Positions 35,888 to 51,200 of a DNA stretch of 64,000 nucleotides are shown one piece after another. The stretch is taken from IMG/VR virus record IMGVR_UViG_3300009709_000020, positions 1-64,000 of that record; one strand, given 5' to 3'. This DNA comes from a virus. A model generated the notes under the pieces. That model worked only from the letters and a program-made list of their open reading frames with translations. It had not been told where the DNA came from and ran no database searches. Positions within the stretch are counted from its first letter, which is position 1. Every line of letters begins with the position of its first letter. The translations under genes and the position numbers were made by a program.

Positions 35888-38800
35888 ATGGCAGATACTT
35901 CTCGATACAACTCTATATTTGGTACAGCAGATTGGAAAAGCATTTATTCTACTTATAATCAAGTGGATTTCCAAAGCTATACTTTCGAAACTCTTAGGAA
36001 AGGGTTCATTGATTATTTAAAAACCAATTATCCTGAATCATTTAATGATTACGTAGATTCGTCTGAATTAATTGGATTACTAAATGTGGTCGCATTTATG
36101 GGACAAGGTTTAGCATTTCGTTCAGATTTAAATGCCAGAGAAAATTTTATTGACACTGCTGAACGCAGGGATTCAGTTATTAAACTAGCAAACCTAGTTG
36201 GATATACCCCTAAAAGAAACACAACAGCTAGTGGCTTTTTAAAAGTGTCAAGTATTAAAACTTCACAAAATATTACAGACCTAACAGGAAATAATTTAAG
36301 CAATATAACAATTCTTTGGAATGATCCTGCTAATGCAAATTGGCTAGACCAAATGAATACTATCCTCAACAGTGCAATTGTCAATTCTCAGAGAATTGGA
36401 AAACCGGCCAATTCTCAAGATATTTTAGGTGTAATTACTTCTGAATATTCGATACAAATACCACCGACAGCATTACCAATTGTTCCTTTTAATGCAGCAA
36501 TTGACGGACTGTCAACTAAATTCGAATTGGTAAGTGCAACTTCAGTTGATAAACCATATGTGTATGAAATAGCTCCTGCACTCTCAGGAAAATTTAACTT
36601 TCTTTTTAGAAATGATCAACTTGGATATGGTAGTCCAAATACAGGATATTTTTTCTATTTTAAACAAGGTGGGTTGCAATATTCTGATTTTTCTTTTGAT
36701 CAAAAAATTGCAAATCAAATACAAGACATTAATATTCTAGGAATTAATAATGACGATACGTGGTTATATAAATTAAACACCGATGGTTCTAGAACACAAT
36801 GGACACAAGTGGATAACATCTATGCAGAATCATATGTTAATGTAGGAGCAACAGAAAATTCCGCGAATTCAACAAAACAATTATTCTCGGTGCGATCCAG
36901 AAACAATGATCAGGTTTCGTATGTATTTGGCGATGACGTGTTTTCTGAAATACCCTTGGGTAATTTCAGGGCATATGTACGTGCAGGAAATGCATCTACG
37001 TATACCATTCAACCAAGTGAAATGAATGGATTATCAGTAACATTTACATATGTCAGTAATGTCGGTCGTAATGAAACATTGACTATTGGTTTAGAATTAA
37101 CCGAAACTGTTAGTAATGCACAAGCAAGAGAAACACTTGCAGATATTAAATTACGGGCACCAAGTAGATATTATACACAAAACAGAATGGTTAATGGCGA
37201 AGATTATAATAATTTTCCATTCACTATGTATAACAGTATATTGAAATCTAAAGCTGTTAGTAGATCATCGGCAGGCGCGTCAACTAATCTGGATTTATTG
37301 GACCCGACGTTGAAATATGCCAGTAATAGTATTTTTTCTACTGACGGGGGGTTATATCTTGATGAAACCAACGGTACAATTAGTCTAAATATTTCTTCTA
37401 CTAATGATATTATATCATTCTTTTCAAATACTCTCGCTGATATATTATCATTGAACAGAGTAAATCAATATTATGTACAAAATTATCCAAGTTATGCATT
37501 GTCTACCCCTATATATTGGAACAATAGCACGGTTAATTCAGATTCTGTTACCGGATATGTATACTCAACACAAGATATCATAAATTATCCCCAATCTGTA
37601 GGAATTTATACTACTTCGACGTTAAAATATTTGACATCAGGATCAATGTTAAAATTTACCGCTCCCAATGGTTATTATTTTGATACAGACAATAAATTAA
37701 AATTGGGTGTATCTTCATCAGGTAAAAATTACATTTGGGCCACTGTGTTGTCTGTCACGGGGGATGGATCAAATAATGGAAATGGAACATTTGCTAATGG
37801 TACCGGCCCAATAACACTTAACACCAAAATCCCATCAGGTTCAATTCTATCTATTATTATACCTGCATTCAGTAGTTCTATTCCGTCTGATATTATCGCC
37901 GAATGCCAATTACGTTTAGAGTTGAATCAACAATTTACACTTGTGTATGATAATTCTGCACAAATAGGAACAACGAATTGGGATATTAGTACGTTCGATG
38001 ACGAAAATTATATTGTAAAATTCACGAATACAGCAAATGGTGTATATTCTATCCAATACAGATCATTGGTATATTATTTCGGTAGTGCGGGACAAAATAG
38101 ATTTACATACAATAATAAATTGGTGTATGATCCACTAAGTGGAAAAATTTTACAAGATTATGTATCCGTGCTAGGTATTAACACGTCGCCGTCATCTATA
38201 AATTCTATGGGACAAAATATCAACATGAATATTTTGGGACAAACCGTAGAAACAGATGGGTTCGTAAATGATTTTCAAGTCGAGGTATCATCAACTGACA
38301 TCAATAATAACCAAATAATAATGAATCCTAATTTCTTTAATGAAATTACTGGTTATCAAACAGGCCAATCCAATATCGGAATTTATACTTTTTTTGAAAC
38401 TACTACTGATGCTGCCAATCTTACTATGACAGTTTTAATAGATTCATCTATTGTAAATTACCAATATGCTACTTCTGCGTTGATTAATGGTGCAAAATAT
38501 GACTATCCTGTGGGTCAAATATTCTATGCATTCGAGGAAGATACTTTTTATACTACGGTACAAGATACCACGGTAATCTATCCGTCCTATTCAATTTTGG
38601 AACAAACTCAATATTCAATGAAACCCGGCAGACAAGGTCTGGCATTCAAATATAATCATTATTCAAATAATACTAATCGTATCGATCCGGTTATTTCAAA
38701 TATAATTGATTTGTATTTGATTACTGCATCATATCATACATCATATATAACCTGGTTAACAGATACAACAGGGTTGATTTCCAAACCTACTGAACCAACA

Positions 38801-39247
38801 ATGACGGAATTATCACAAAGTTATAGTAACGTGCAAGATTATAAAATGTTAACTGATTCTGTTATTTTAAATAGCGGTTCATTTAAGCCTTTGTTTGGTT
38901 CAAAAGCTGATAGTTCATTGCAGGGAACTATCAAAGTAATCAAAAATTCTTCAACAACTGCAAGTGATAGCGAAATAATTAGTGCCATTCTTTCTGCAAT
39001 GAATGCTTATTTTGATATTTCTAATTGGAATTTCGGTGATACATTCTACTTCTCTGAATTAAGTGCATACTTACATTCCGTTGTTGGACAATATGTGAGT
39101 TCCGTTGTATTGGTGCCCAAAGATACATCCAAACCATTTGGCACATTGTATGAGATCGGAAGTGCTCCGTATGAAATATTTGTTAATGCTGCAACTGCGA
39201 ATGATATAATGATAATTTCATCTTTATCTACTACACAGCTAGGATGA
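35888..39247 (+). CDS. gp6: Baseplate wedge subunit gp6-like
   Basis: FETLR, ENFIDTAERRDSV.KLA..GY.P, FGD, TQNRMVNGEDY. Confidence 0.85.
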   Translation: MADTSRYNSIFGTADWKSIYSTYNQVDFQSYTFETLRKGFIDYLKTNYPESFNDYVDSSELIGLLNVVAFMGQGLAFRSDLNARENFIDTAERRDSVIKLANLVGYTPKRNTTASGFLKVSSIKTSQNITDLTGNNLSNITILWNDPANANWLDQMNTILNSAIVNSQRIGKPANSQDILGVITSEYSIQIPPTALPIVPFNAAIDGLSTKFELVSATSVDKPYVYEIAPALSGKFNFLFRNDQLGYGSPNTGYFFYFKQGGLQYSDFSFDQKIANQIQDINILGINNDDTWLYKLNTDGSRTQWTQVDNIYAESYVNVGATENSANSTKQLFSVRSRNNDQVSYVFGDDVFSEIPLGNFRAYVRAGNASTYTIQPSEMNGLSVTFTYVSNVGRNETLTIGLELTETVSNAQARETLADIKLRAPSRYYTQNRMVNGEDYNNFPFTMYNSILKSKAVSRSSAGASTNLDLLDPTLKYASNSIFSTDGGLYLDETNGTISLNISSTNDIISFFSNTLADILSLNRVNQYYVQNYPSYALSTPIYWNNSTVNSDSVTGYVYSTQDIINYPQSVGIYTTSTLKYLTSGSMLKFTAPNGYYFDTDNKLKLGVSSSGKNYIWATVLSVTGDGSNNGNGTFANGTGPITLNTKIPSGSILSIIIPAFSSSIPSDIIAECQLRLELNQQFTLVYDNSAQIGTTNWDISTFDDENYIVKFTNTANGVYSIQYRSLVYYFGSAGQNRFTYNNKLVYDPLSGKILQDYVSVLGINTSPSSINSMGQNINMNILGQTVETDGFVNDFQVEVSSTDINNNQIIMNPNFFNEITGYQTGQSNIGIYTFFETTTDAANLTMTVLIDSSIVNYQYATSALINGAKYDYPVGQIFYAFEEDTFYTTVQDTTVIYPSYSILEQTQYSMKPGRQGLAFKYNHYSNNTNRIDPVISNIIDLYLITASYHTSYITWLTDTTGLISKPTEPTMTELSQSYSNVQDYKMLTDSVILNSGSFKPLFGSKADSSLQGTIKVIKNSSTTASDSEIISAILSAMNAYFDISNWNFGDTFYFSELSAYLHSVVGQYVSSVVLVPKDTSKPFGTLYEIGSAPYEIFVNAATANDIMIISSLSTTQLG

Positions 39248-39285
39248 TTTGAAAAACCGTAGTTTTTTGCACAATAAATAGTCTT

Positions 39286-42200
39286 ATGGCTACTATTCGT
39301 ACATTATCATTTTTACCAGAAATTTATAGAACAAAGAAAAACGCAGAAATATTGTCAGGAACACTTGATAATATTGTTAGTGAACCAACATATTCTAGAA
39401 TACAGGGATATATTGGAAGTAAATTTGGAAACGGGATTGATGCGTCTGCTTCTTATATACCTGAGGTTAATAAAGAACGCACTGATTACCAATTGACACC
39501 GTCGGTAATCTCACTAGACGATGATACGAAAAATGTATCTGATTTTATTACTTATCCGGGTATGGTTAACGAACTTACCAATAGGGGAAGTATTACTAAC
39601 AACAATGCAAGTTTGTTTGAAGGCAACACTTCTTCTTGGGATTCTTTTACTGATCTAGACAAACTAGTAAATTATCATCAATATTATTGGTTGCCTGATG
39701 GATTGCCATCAGTTGATATTACTGGAAATTCTGCTACATCAGTTTTAAACTACCAAGTAACATCCGATGTATCAACATACAGCATTGAAGAAATTAATGC
39801 AACCTCTACAAATTTTAATCCCAGTATTACACTGGTGAGAGGCAAAACATATACTTTTGCAGTAAATCAAAATTCGCAATTTTGGATTCAAACTGAACCG
39901 GGCCTATTAGGTAAATCCACTTTAAATCCAGCAATTTCAACTAGAGAAATTTACGGTGTTACGAATAATGGATCTGAATCCGGCACCATTACATTTACAG
40001 TTCCCTATGAAAATGCACAAGAAACATTTGAATTTTCTACAAGATATCTTGTAGATATTACGTCAGACAAATTGGCAACAAGTATTATAGGAAATCATTT
40101 GTATGATTTGGTTGACCCAGTAACTGGAAATATTATTCCGGGAGTCAACAATATCGATGGGATAACTGACCTGGACGGAAAAATAATATTTTTCCCTGAT
40201 ACTGAGTTACCATCTTCAGCTGGCAGTCACACCTACACTGATGGTGTTGTTGTTTATCAAATGCCGTATTTTTCCTCAACTGATTTTGGATATTTTTACA
40301 AAATTGTATACGAAGAAGATCCTAATAATACAGGAAATCCAATTCTAACACTACAGCGACTTGAAGCAATTCCCTTCAATGCAAGCATTGTTGCAAAATA
40401 TGGTTTAACAAATATAAATGTTCCTTATTATCAGGTATCTAGTTTGGTATTTGCCAAGGTTCCTAATCTAACCGCAAGACTTACTAAATTGTACTACCAA
40501 GATTCCGAAGTTTCTACTAAAACAGGAATTTTTAATATCGTAGATGATACTGCGTCTGTAATAATTGATATAAATGATATTTTGGGTAAAAAAACTTACA
40601 CATCTCCCAACAATATTGTATTCACTAATGGTCTTAAAATAAAATTTGACAGTTATGTACATCCGTCATCATATGCAAACATCGAATATTATGTTGATGG
40701 GGTGGGATCATCCATTAATTTAATTCCGGTATTGAATCTGGTATGTCCTGAAAGTTTTTCAGAATCTGAATACAACACATTTGATAATTTTCCTTTCGAT
40801 GCTGATACATTTGATGTATCAATGTACATTCCCGTAGAACCAGATTATATTACAATTGCGAGGTCAGCAATTAATGAAAATGCTTGGTCACGCAGCAATA
40901 GGTGGTTTCACACTGATGTAATTTCCGCTGCAGGGACATACAATAATTCGGATTATTTGACAACTTACGCAACGTCCAACGCGAAAGCAAAAAGACCAAT
41001 CGTTGAGTTTTATCCTAATCTAAAAATGTTCAATTCAGGCACAACTTCTGTTCCGTTTGTAGATTTCTATGATTCAACAACCACAGATGCATTTAGCAAT
41101 GTGGCAGGAAAACTTAGTTATTATGCAGACATCGATGCATATGTACCAGTATCAACGATTGCAGGAACTGTCACTTCTCCGGTTAATTCATCTTCATTAG
41201 TTGCAGGACAAGCATACCAAATTTCATCTCTCGGTAACACAAATTGGAATTTAGTAGTAGGCACATCAAATATCATTTATTATGTCGGTGATACAATTGT
41301 ATGCAAAAATGCAGTATCTGGTACTGGTACTGCCACATTTTTAGCAACCTCTACCACAGCAACATTGAATTCAAATAATGCTACTGGTACATTTTCTGCT
41401 GGGATGTTTGTAGCAACAGAAGATGCAACGTTATTGCCAGCTGGTTCATATATATTCTCTGCTACTACTGATGATTCAGGCATTACTACACTTGTAATTC
41501 ATTGGGATGATCCGCAAAATATTTTAGGTGGAAATGCCGCCTTAATCGCAACAAATAATTCAATGGATAATTACCAATTGTTTTCTGGTGCAAGAATAAT
41601 TTTCTCAAATGATGTCGATGAAACTGTACGTAATAATATCTATACTGTTAATATTACGCAAGTAGAAGAAAATGAAGCACCTGTAATTGTATTATCTTTG
41701 GCTGATCAAGGTGAACCTATATTAGGTACACAAACTGTCATCCTACGAGGAGAAAGTTTCAAAGGCAAATCAATTTATTTTGACGGTATTTCTTGGAATC
41801 TTGCCCAACAAAAAATAACAATTAATCAGCCACCGCTATTTGACGTGTTGGATAAAAACGAAAACTCATTATCAGATGCATCAATATATGCAAGTAGTTC
41901 TTTTACAGGGACAAAACTATTCAGCTATTCTATTGGTACTGGAGCACCTGATTCTGTACTAGGATTCCCGATATCATACAGTTCAACTAACAACATAGGT
42001 GATATCGCATTTACAGTTGATTTCAATTCTGATATTTTCAATTATGTAAATGGTGCAAATGTCGTTACTGAAAATATTAATACTGGATATGTGTATCAAT
42101 ATTCTACTCCATCTAGCTTTAATAGATTATTAGGTTGGACTGCTTCTGTTGCGCCTGTTCCACAGTATCAAATTTTTAATTTTGTGTATGATTCGTCAAC

Positions 42201-45200
42201 TCCTGTATTAAAATGTGACATAGAAAAAAGCACAAATACTATTTGGCCATCAATAAAAGTTTTTTATAACAATGCATATGTCAATAATGACAAATATTCG
42301 GTTATAACCGATGCTAATTCAACTGAAGTAACATTGATTACTCCACCCAGTGACGGAACACCAGTTGAAGTACTGCTGTTAAGTGATCAGGTATCTGCTA
42401 ATGGTTATTACGATATTCCAACCAATTTAAATAACAATCCATTGAATAATTCTTTGGAAAAAGTTAATTTAGATGAAATTAGGCTACAATTTAATGACAT
42501 TTTTATTAATAATGGAACAATAACAGGTTCCATTAACGGAGCAAATTCATACCGTGACTCAGGAAATCCAATTGGTTACGGTACAAAACTAATACAAAAT
42601 CAATGCCCTGTTGTCACACCTGGTCTTTTCTTGCGTGATTCTTCGTTGAATCTACAGGAAGCATTGTTGTTTAACAGTAGAGAATATGTAAAATATAAAC
42701 AATTATTGACATTTACTGTTCAAAATTCAAATTATGATGTGACATATTCTCCTGCAGATATATTGGACGATGCAATCGAGCAAATTTCACTAGCAAGGAC
42801 TGAATCAAATTCTTTCTATTGGACTGATATGTTACCGTCAAGAGTCCCTTATATTTCGAAAACGTATACTTTCAGGAACAATACAAATAATGTAGCACTT
42901 TCATTATCGAAAATTTACGATTTTTCTGTTGCAAGTTATGATTCTGTGCTAGTGTACCTAATTCGAGTTGTAAATGGTAAGAAAAATGTAATCCAACTAC
43001 AAAAAAATGTGGACTATACCGTTAGTTCAACAGCCACAAACGTAATAATTACAAAACAACTATTGCAAAATGATATTATCACTGTTAATGAATATAATCA
43101 GACCTATGCATCTTACGTTCCTCATACACCTAGCAAATTAGGTTTGTATCCGCTATTTGTGCCTGAAATCATACTGGATAACAATCTAGTAACACCTACT
43201 TATTTCATCAAAGGACATGATGGTTCATATACGAAATTATATGGATCATATGACGCCAATACCGAATCGTTGAATGACTTTAGAGACATTGCGTTATTTG
43301 AATTTGAAAACAGAATATACAACAATACTAAATTGTCATCAACTGTTCCCGTCATTGATCTAACCGAAATTAAACCCGGTTATTTTAGAGATGTACCGAC
43401 ATTTAGTGATTGGTTGTCAGTATATACCGCTAATTTCATGAATTGGGCCGGACAAAATAGAATTGATTATACCTCTCATTATTTTGACAAAAATAATCCA
43501 TTCACCTTTAATTACCGAAATTCATCAGAAAAACTTACAAACACTGCAAACAACATTGGTAATTGGGCGGGATTGTATCAATATTTCTATGATACATTTA
43601 CCCCACATTTAACACCATGGGAAATGCTAGGATTTTCTATTAAACCATCATGGTGGGATGCACGCTATGGTGCTGCACCATACACCAGCGGTAATACAAT
43701 ATTATGGAATGACTTGCAACTAGGTTTTGTATGGAATGACGGTGATTCCTACACTAAAGAAAAATATGCCAGAGATCGTTTAGCTGAAATAATTCCTGTG
43801 GATGCCGCAGGCAATCTATTGGATCCTATGACAGTTCTAGTAGGAAATTATGATGCCAATATTTTTCAAGCTGATTGGATTATAGGTGATACAGGACCAG
43901 CAGAATTATCATATCGCAGAAGTTCCTCGTATCCATTTGACATTATCAACGCATATTCTTTACTGAAACCCGCCAAGTTCTACAATCTAGCGATAGATTT
44001 GGATGTGTACCAATATAATACAGAATTTGGTCAATGGTTAACAAATGGTAGAAATTCATTGACCCTCTCAGACATCAAAGTATATGGTTCTGGTATTGCT
44101 AAAACAAGTTATTTAAATTGGATAGTAGATTATCAAAAACAGCACGGCATTGATGCTAGTTCTTATATTTCCAATAAGCTATCCAACGTAGATGTTAGAT
44201 TGACTTACCGTTTGGCTGGATTCAGTGATCAAACATTGTTGAATTTTTCATTGGAAAAAGTTTCACCCAATGACAACAATACTGCACTAAAAATTCCAAA
44301 CGAAAACTATAACATTATTTTGTATAATAATCAACCACATGACCAATTAACAATGTCAAGTGTGATCATTCAAAAAACTGGAAATAATTGGGCCGTATAC
44401 GGAAATTCACAGTCAAGTGCATATTTTGTAATTGATTCTCCTGTAATTAATGGAAAAACAATTGCAGTTGAATATGGTTCTGCAACAGTTAAAGTTGCAC
44501 AAGATTATAGCCAAACAAAACAATATATCCCATATGGTACTATTTTTTATAGTACACAGGAAATTGCGCAATTTATTAAATCATATTCATCGTCATTGGA
44601 AACAAAAGGTGTAATTCTAGACCAAACATTCAATGGTTCACCAATTAATTGGGACACGATGATTCAAGAATTTTTATATTGGTCACAAACCGGATGGGAA
44701 TCAGGCAGTGCAATTACGTTAAATCCTGCATCAACCACGTTAAAAATAACCCCTCCGATGGGTATTGTGCAACCATTAACAAATTCTGCTGATAATTTCA
44801 TTTTAAATCAAAATTTATATCCAATCAAATCCAAAGATTTGGATGTATATCGTCAGGACAATAGTTTCACTGTATCTACATTGAATCCCGGTGATTCAAT
44901 GTCATACACTCAATTGGATTATGCGTCACTTGAACACGGAATTGTGTTTGACAATACAACTATGTTCAATGATGTTATTTACGATCTAACAACAGGTCTA
45001 CGTCAATACAGGATAATGTTGTCCGGAAGAAAAACTGCAGAATGGAACGGAACATTAACTACCAATGGATTCTTCCTAAGCCAAGATAATATTGTTGCCT
45101 GGTCAACAGGGACGAAATATTATGCAGGCAATATTGTGACATACAAAAACAAATATTGGGCCGCCCAACAAACTGTCGAGGCTGCGTCAAATTTTGATAC

Positions 45201-48200
45201 TTCGGTATGGAAAATAGTAAAAACTGAATCAATTCGCTATGGCATGTTACCGAATTCAGCAAACAGGGCGTATGAAAGCACACTATTTTATGATGTAGAT
45301 AGATCAAATCTAGCATCAGATAATGACCTATTGTCAATGTCATTGATTGGTTACAGACCTAGGGATTACCTAGCCCTAGCTGATTTAACAACTGCTGCAC
45401 AACTCAATGTATACAAAAATTTTATCAAAAATAAAGGTACTCCCAATTCACTTGAAGTATTCAATACGGTCAATCTTGCCCAAGGAGAACTAAAATACGA
45501 CATACACGAAAATTGGGCAATAAAAACAAGCCAATTCGGTGATAAAAACTCAGGTAAATACATCGAAATGCAATTGGACGAGACACAAATTACTGGAAAT
45601 GCGTCTATTATTTCTGTAACAAATGGTGATGTTCCTGCAGGAACATCACAAATAGTACCAATTAACAAGCTGTATAATTACAATTTCAATGTACTATCAC
45701 CTAATATATTGCCATTAATGGAAAGTCAAGATCAACAAACTGCAGGATATGTTTCATTTGATGATGTAAATGTTTTTTCTTATAACTTTAGTGGATTAGA
45801 TAATGCCACTGATTCTACCGGAAACCTGTTGGATATTAATAATCTATACACGGGCGATTACATTTGGGTTGCAAATTTTAATGGTTCTTGGGGAGTGTAC
45901 TCTACTGTTATCCAAGGAACCATTACATCAATCACTTATGGTTCATCATACAGCACAGTAACTTTTTCTGATCCACATGAATTGTCAGTAAATGACCCAA
46001 TTGCAGTCATTCAAACAACCGATGACATTAATGGTTATTATCAGGTAAATACGGTTGTTGATAGCAAAACAATTACTATTCCTTATGCAAATGCATTAAA
46101 TTCAGGAAAAACAATTGAATTATTGGGATTTGTGCTAAAACTAGAAAACAAAAGATATTCTACTATTTCATCATTACCTGATATAGTTAATGTGTTTGAC
46201 AAAAATGATATTTATTGGATCGATGAAGATTCAAATGGCAGATGGGCTGTATATCAAAAAACGTCAAACAAATATTCTTTGGTGGATACTATTTCTACTT
46301 TAAGTGGCAATAACAAAGCAATTGTTTCTGAAGAATTAGGTATACTTATTACCAATGGAAATAATGTAGATCGTTATTCAATGGTTGGTACTGACTACCT
46401 GTTAACAGAAACCATTAATGGTGGCGCTGGCTTTGGATCATCTATTGCAACCTCAGATAGAACGATTTTCATTGCTAACTCAATTACTCAACAAATTAAT
46501 GTGTATTATAACAATGATACCGTGTTGTCATCAAATTCTGTTCTAATCAATACAATTGATTTAGCGTGCGACAAAATTTGGATTTCCGAAGATGGAAATT
46601 ATTTGTATGCATCTGACACCTCAACCAATTCTATCAATGTTATCAAAAAAATAAATTATGATATTTCTGCTGAATTCATGACTGCCGGAAGAGCATATAT
46701 TATCCAAACTCTCGGAGATTCAGATTGGGTTTCTGTAGGTGCAATTGAAAATTCACCGAATGTGGTTTTTGTTGCCTCAGGTCCAATAACACCGTCGACT
46801 GGCGTTGCCAAAGAAATATCGTATGAATTAGGCTTTACTATTTCAGGAAGTGAAACTGGATTTGGTACTGATTTTGCCTCGTCATCAACTGGTCATACTA
46901 TTGTTGTCGGATCACCTGACAAAATTATTAATTCATTGCAAGGAGTCGGCGGCGCCTACATTTATGTACAGGATGCACAAACCACAAAAACTTCATACCA
47001 AAACAATAACAATCCTGAACAAATCGGAATAGTATTCTCGAACAATGCCGTAATAGCTAATGCTTTTACAACTGTTACAGGTTCAAATATATATTTTAGC
47101 GTGCCTGCAGGATTAAAAATAAATGATCGTGTAGTTTTCGGTGGAGCATATATCGAAAATTATGGTTTCAACACCTCTGCGGTTTATTACGTGCAATCAG
47201 TATCTCCTACATATATCACGGTGAAATCTACAATTTCTTCAAATACTCCTGTGTTATTTGATTCAATAACTGGTATATCAGGTCAATGTTATATTCAAGA
47301 TAACACGGTTGATGTATTTGTTAATGGAACGGTTGTTACCACTGACAATTATTTTATCAAAAATTCAACTCTGACATATATTGGAAATTTTTCGGCAGGC
47401 GATATTATTGCAATTGTGTTCTCAAGCTACACATTGACACAAACCTTGGCTGGTAACAATACAACTAGAATTGATTCTCATTATGGATCATCTGTTACTA
47501 TTGATCGATCAGGAAATGAAATTTTTGTAAGTTCTCCGTATGAAGTTTCTACTTCTTCTGAAGGATCGGTTTATCGATACACAAATACTGCAGGCATTTC
47601 AGGAACTATCCTAGGATCCAATATTTGTAATGTAACGATTTCCGGTACTGTAACTATCAACGGTTATCCAATTGTAATTCCAATTGGTAATTCTGTTGTT
47701 GCTTCATCAGTAATCAATAATTCAAAAATACCAAACATAGTCGCGTCATCCGTTGACGGAAAAGTAATGATTTCTGTAATCAATGATAGTGAAACTATTG
47801 CACTTCAAAAAATTATTATTAATGCACCGGAATCATTGTTAACTCAACTTGGAATTTTGTTGAGAACAAACACACAAGTAATCAGGTCCTCAGATACCTA
47901 TGCAAAAACCGGATTCGGCTATTCATTGGCGATAACGGATAATGAATTATTCGTGTCAAGTATTAATTCTGTTTGTGAATCACAAGTTACTTTTGACACG
48001 GTGTATAAAAATGACCACACCAATACTGTGTTTGATAATCAAACTACGTTGTTCTATGATGTGTCACCTGCAACTGGATTGGTAGAAACTTTCAATCTTA
48101 TTGAGGGTCCTAATTATACAAGACAATACGTATACGGTCAGTCATTGTCAGTGGATGACGATGATATTAATTTTGGAAACAACCTTTCAATTGCCGGCAA

Positions 48201-51200
48201 TAATTTAGTTATTTCATCTGAAAATGCCACGTTTAACGTTAACGTTTTTTACGGAACAGAAGAGAATTGGTCTGTATTGCGACAAGAATCAGTAACGGTT
48301 GATATAAATTCAATCGACGGAATTAACTTGTACAGCAAGACAAATAGCGTTTCATTGGTAAATCTAGATTACATTGATCCGTTGAATGGAAAAATTTTAG
48401 GAGTCGCTAGAGAAAACATTGAATTCATGTCAACTGTTGATCCAGCAAAATATAATTCAGTTTCTTCAGGAATCACTTCAGTATGGGGTGCTGAATTCGT
48501 TGGTATGTGTTGGTTTGATATGTCAAATACAAAATGGATTGATTATAATCAAACAGATATAACATACAATATTAAATATTTCGGTAAGGTATTCCCAGGA
48601 TCAGATCCGGCGGTATATACCTGGATAAATAGTGCATATCCTCCGGCATTGTATTCCGGTACCGGAACAGTATATGATATTTCCAAATATTGCTCAAAGT
48701 CAACCTTAGACAATTCCGGGAATATTATTACTACATATTATTTCTGGGTTAGAAATACAAATACCATTACACAAAATCACACTTTAGCAGATACGGTTAT
48801 TGAAAATTACATTAAGAATCCTGCTGCATCTGGTGTTGCTTATTGTGCACTACTTACACCTTCATCATATGCATTGTATAATGCTGTTCCTTATATCAAT
48901 GGTACAGATACTATCATGCATTTAGGATTTTCTACCGGTTCTGATTTGGAAGGAAACATCCACACTGAGTATAGTTTAATTAGGGAAAATTATGAAGATG
49001 ATTTCTTGTACGGAATTCCTGAAAACACAAATACTAACTTATTGCCAAATCATGATCTATATCCAACGAGTGGAGAAAAAACTCCATATGGATTATATCT
49101 AAAATTACTTGATAGTTTTTCAGGATCCAATACATTTGGTAATCCGGTACCGGATCCATTCTTGCCAATGCCAATACAATCAGGTATTTCAATCCGACCA
49201 AGCCAAAGCATGTTTATGGATAGATTGTCTGCTCTAGAAAATTTTGTTACATACATTAACAATATATTGGCATCATATCCTATAACAGAAACTAGAACAA
49301 ATATAACTCTGTTACAAACAACTGGAACATATTTCAATACGAACGATTATTGGTCATATGAAAATTGGTGGGTAGAAGGTTTTGACAATAATACAAAACC
49401 AACCAGACAAGTTTCTGTATATGCTGATTTAAATATGCTTTCAGTAAATGCAGGAACATTGGTCAAAGTAAACGATAATGGATTTGGTAAATTTGAAATT
49501 TATCAGTATACGGGCGATGCTTGGAATAGAATAGGTTTAGAAAGCGGTACCATTCAACTTTCATCAAATCTATATGACTATATTGATTATAATATTGGGT
49601 TTGATGGAAGTTTCTTTGACACCGATAGTTTTGATTTCTGTCCTTCAGAAGAAACCAGATATGTTATCAGAGGGGTTTTTGAACAACTGTTAGTTGATGA
49701 TTTGTTGTCATATAGAAATCCTGCGTTAATCATGCTTTTTGAATATATCCAAAGTGAAGAACCTGCATACGGAACAAATATTGATTGGTTGAAGAAAACA
49801 TCACTTGTTGATATTTCTCATGACGTCAGGCAATTAACACAACAAAATGTATATAAATCAGATAACGAGACTTTCTTGGAAGGATTCATTAATGAAGTAA
49901 AACCATACAGAGTGCTAATCAAAGACTATTTGTTTACCTATTCAGGAATAGACGAAGCCAATATATATGCTACTGATTTTGATCTGCCTGCATCTATTAT
50001 GGGGTCTGAGTTTGTTACCCCGATGTTGACAGATACACCAAACGCATCAAATGAATTTTTGCCAAGTGACAATATCTGGAATCAAAATATTTACACTGAT
50101 TGGTTCAAATACAAAGGATTGTCATTAGCACAAGAAAACAATTACAGAATTGCTTACCTATCTTCGTATATAGATACCAGCACTAGAGAAATTGAGGTAG
50201 ATAATTCCTACGTATTCCCTGAATCAGGCACAATTACTATCAATGGTGAAATTTTAGGATATTCTGGTGTCAACAGAGCATTAAATTTGTTGACAGGAAT
50301 TATTCGCGGAGTTAATAATACTACTATTTCAACACATTTTCCTGGTGCAGAAATTTTCATGGATATTCCTGAAATTATTATGCTTAACAGTGGCAATAAT
50401 TATGCATCTACTCCAAATGTTACTGCATTTATTGACACTACCATTTATCCTGAACCAGAAATTGAGATGGAACTAGAAGCAATCATGAGTAACGGATCAG
50501 TGATCAGTATCAACGTGCTAAATCCTGGACAAGGATATTTTACTGTTCCTGAAATTATGATTGATCCGTCATATATAATATACTTTGATGATAATTCAAT
50601 TGATACAGCATTGTATACACTGAATTTATATGCACCTAATCTAACGACAGGTGACATAATTCAATTCTCCGGCAACAATTCGAGTGTCCCTGAAAATATT
50701 GTCAATGGCGCATGGTATTATGTAAATGTATTGGAAACCACACCCAATACAATTATTGCATTGTATAAAACATACAGGGATTCAATAAACGATAGAGCAA
50801 GAATAAAAATAGGAATTTCCGGAACAACCAACACTATGGCCCTGAACGCAGGTGCAAGAGCAGTTGCTGTTACTACTCCCAATCCAGTAAGAGACATCAA
50901 AATCAATTTGAAGTTTGATAGAACAACATACAGAAATAGAGTATTAGACTGGAATGAAGGTGTCTATTATGGTTCATATTTTGCCGGAACATTATATGAT
51001 AGCAGCCGCATTTCAAGTTCTTCTTACACATTGCAAAATGTGTATCCAAACATCGATACTATTCTTGCGAGTAATCACGGTGCTACGTTTGAAATAGTAA
51101 ATGTAGAGAATATTGAACAAACTGAATGGTCTACTATCGTCAGAACTGTTACTAGTGTCATCAACAATGTTATCACTATTACACCTCCATCTGTATTACA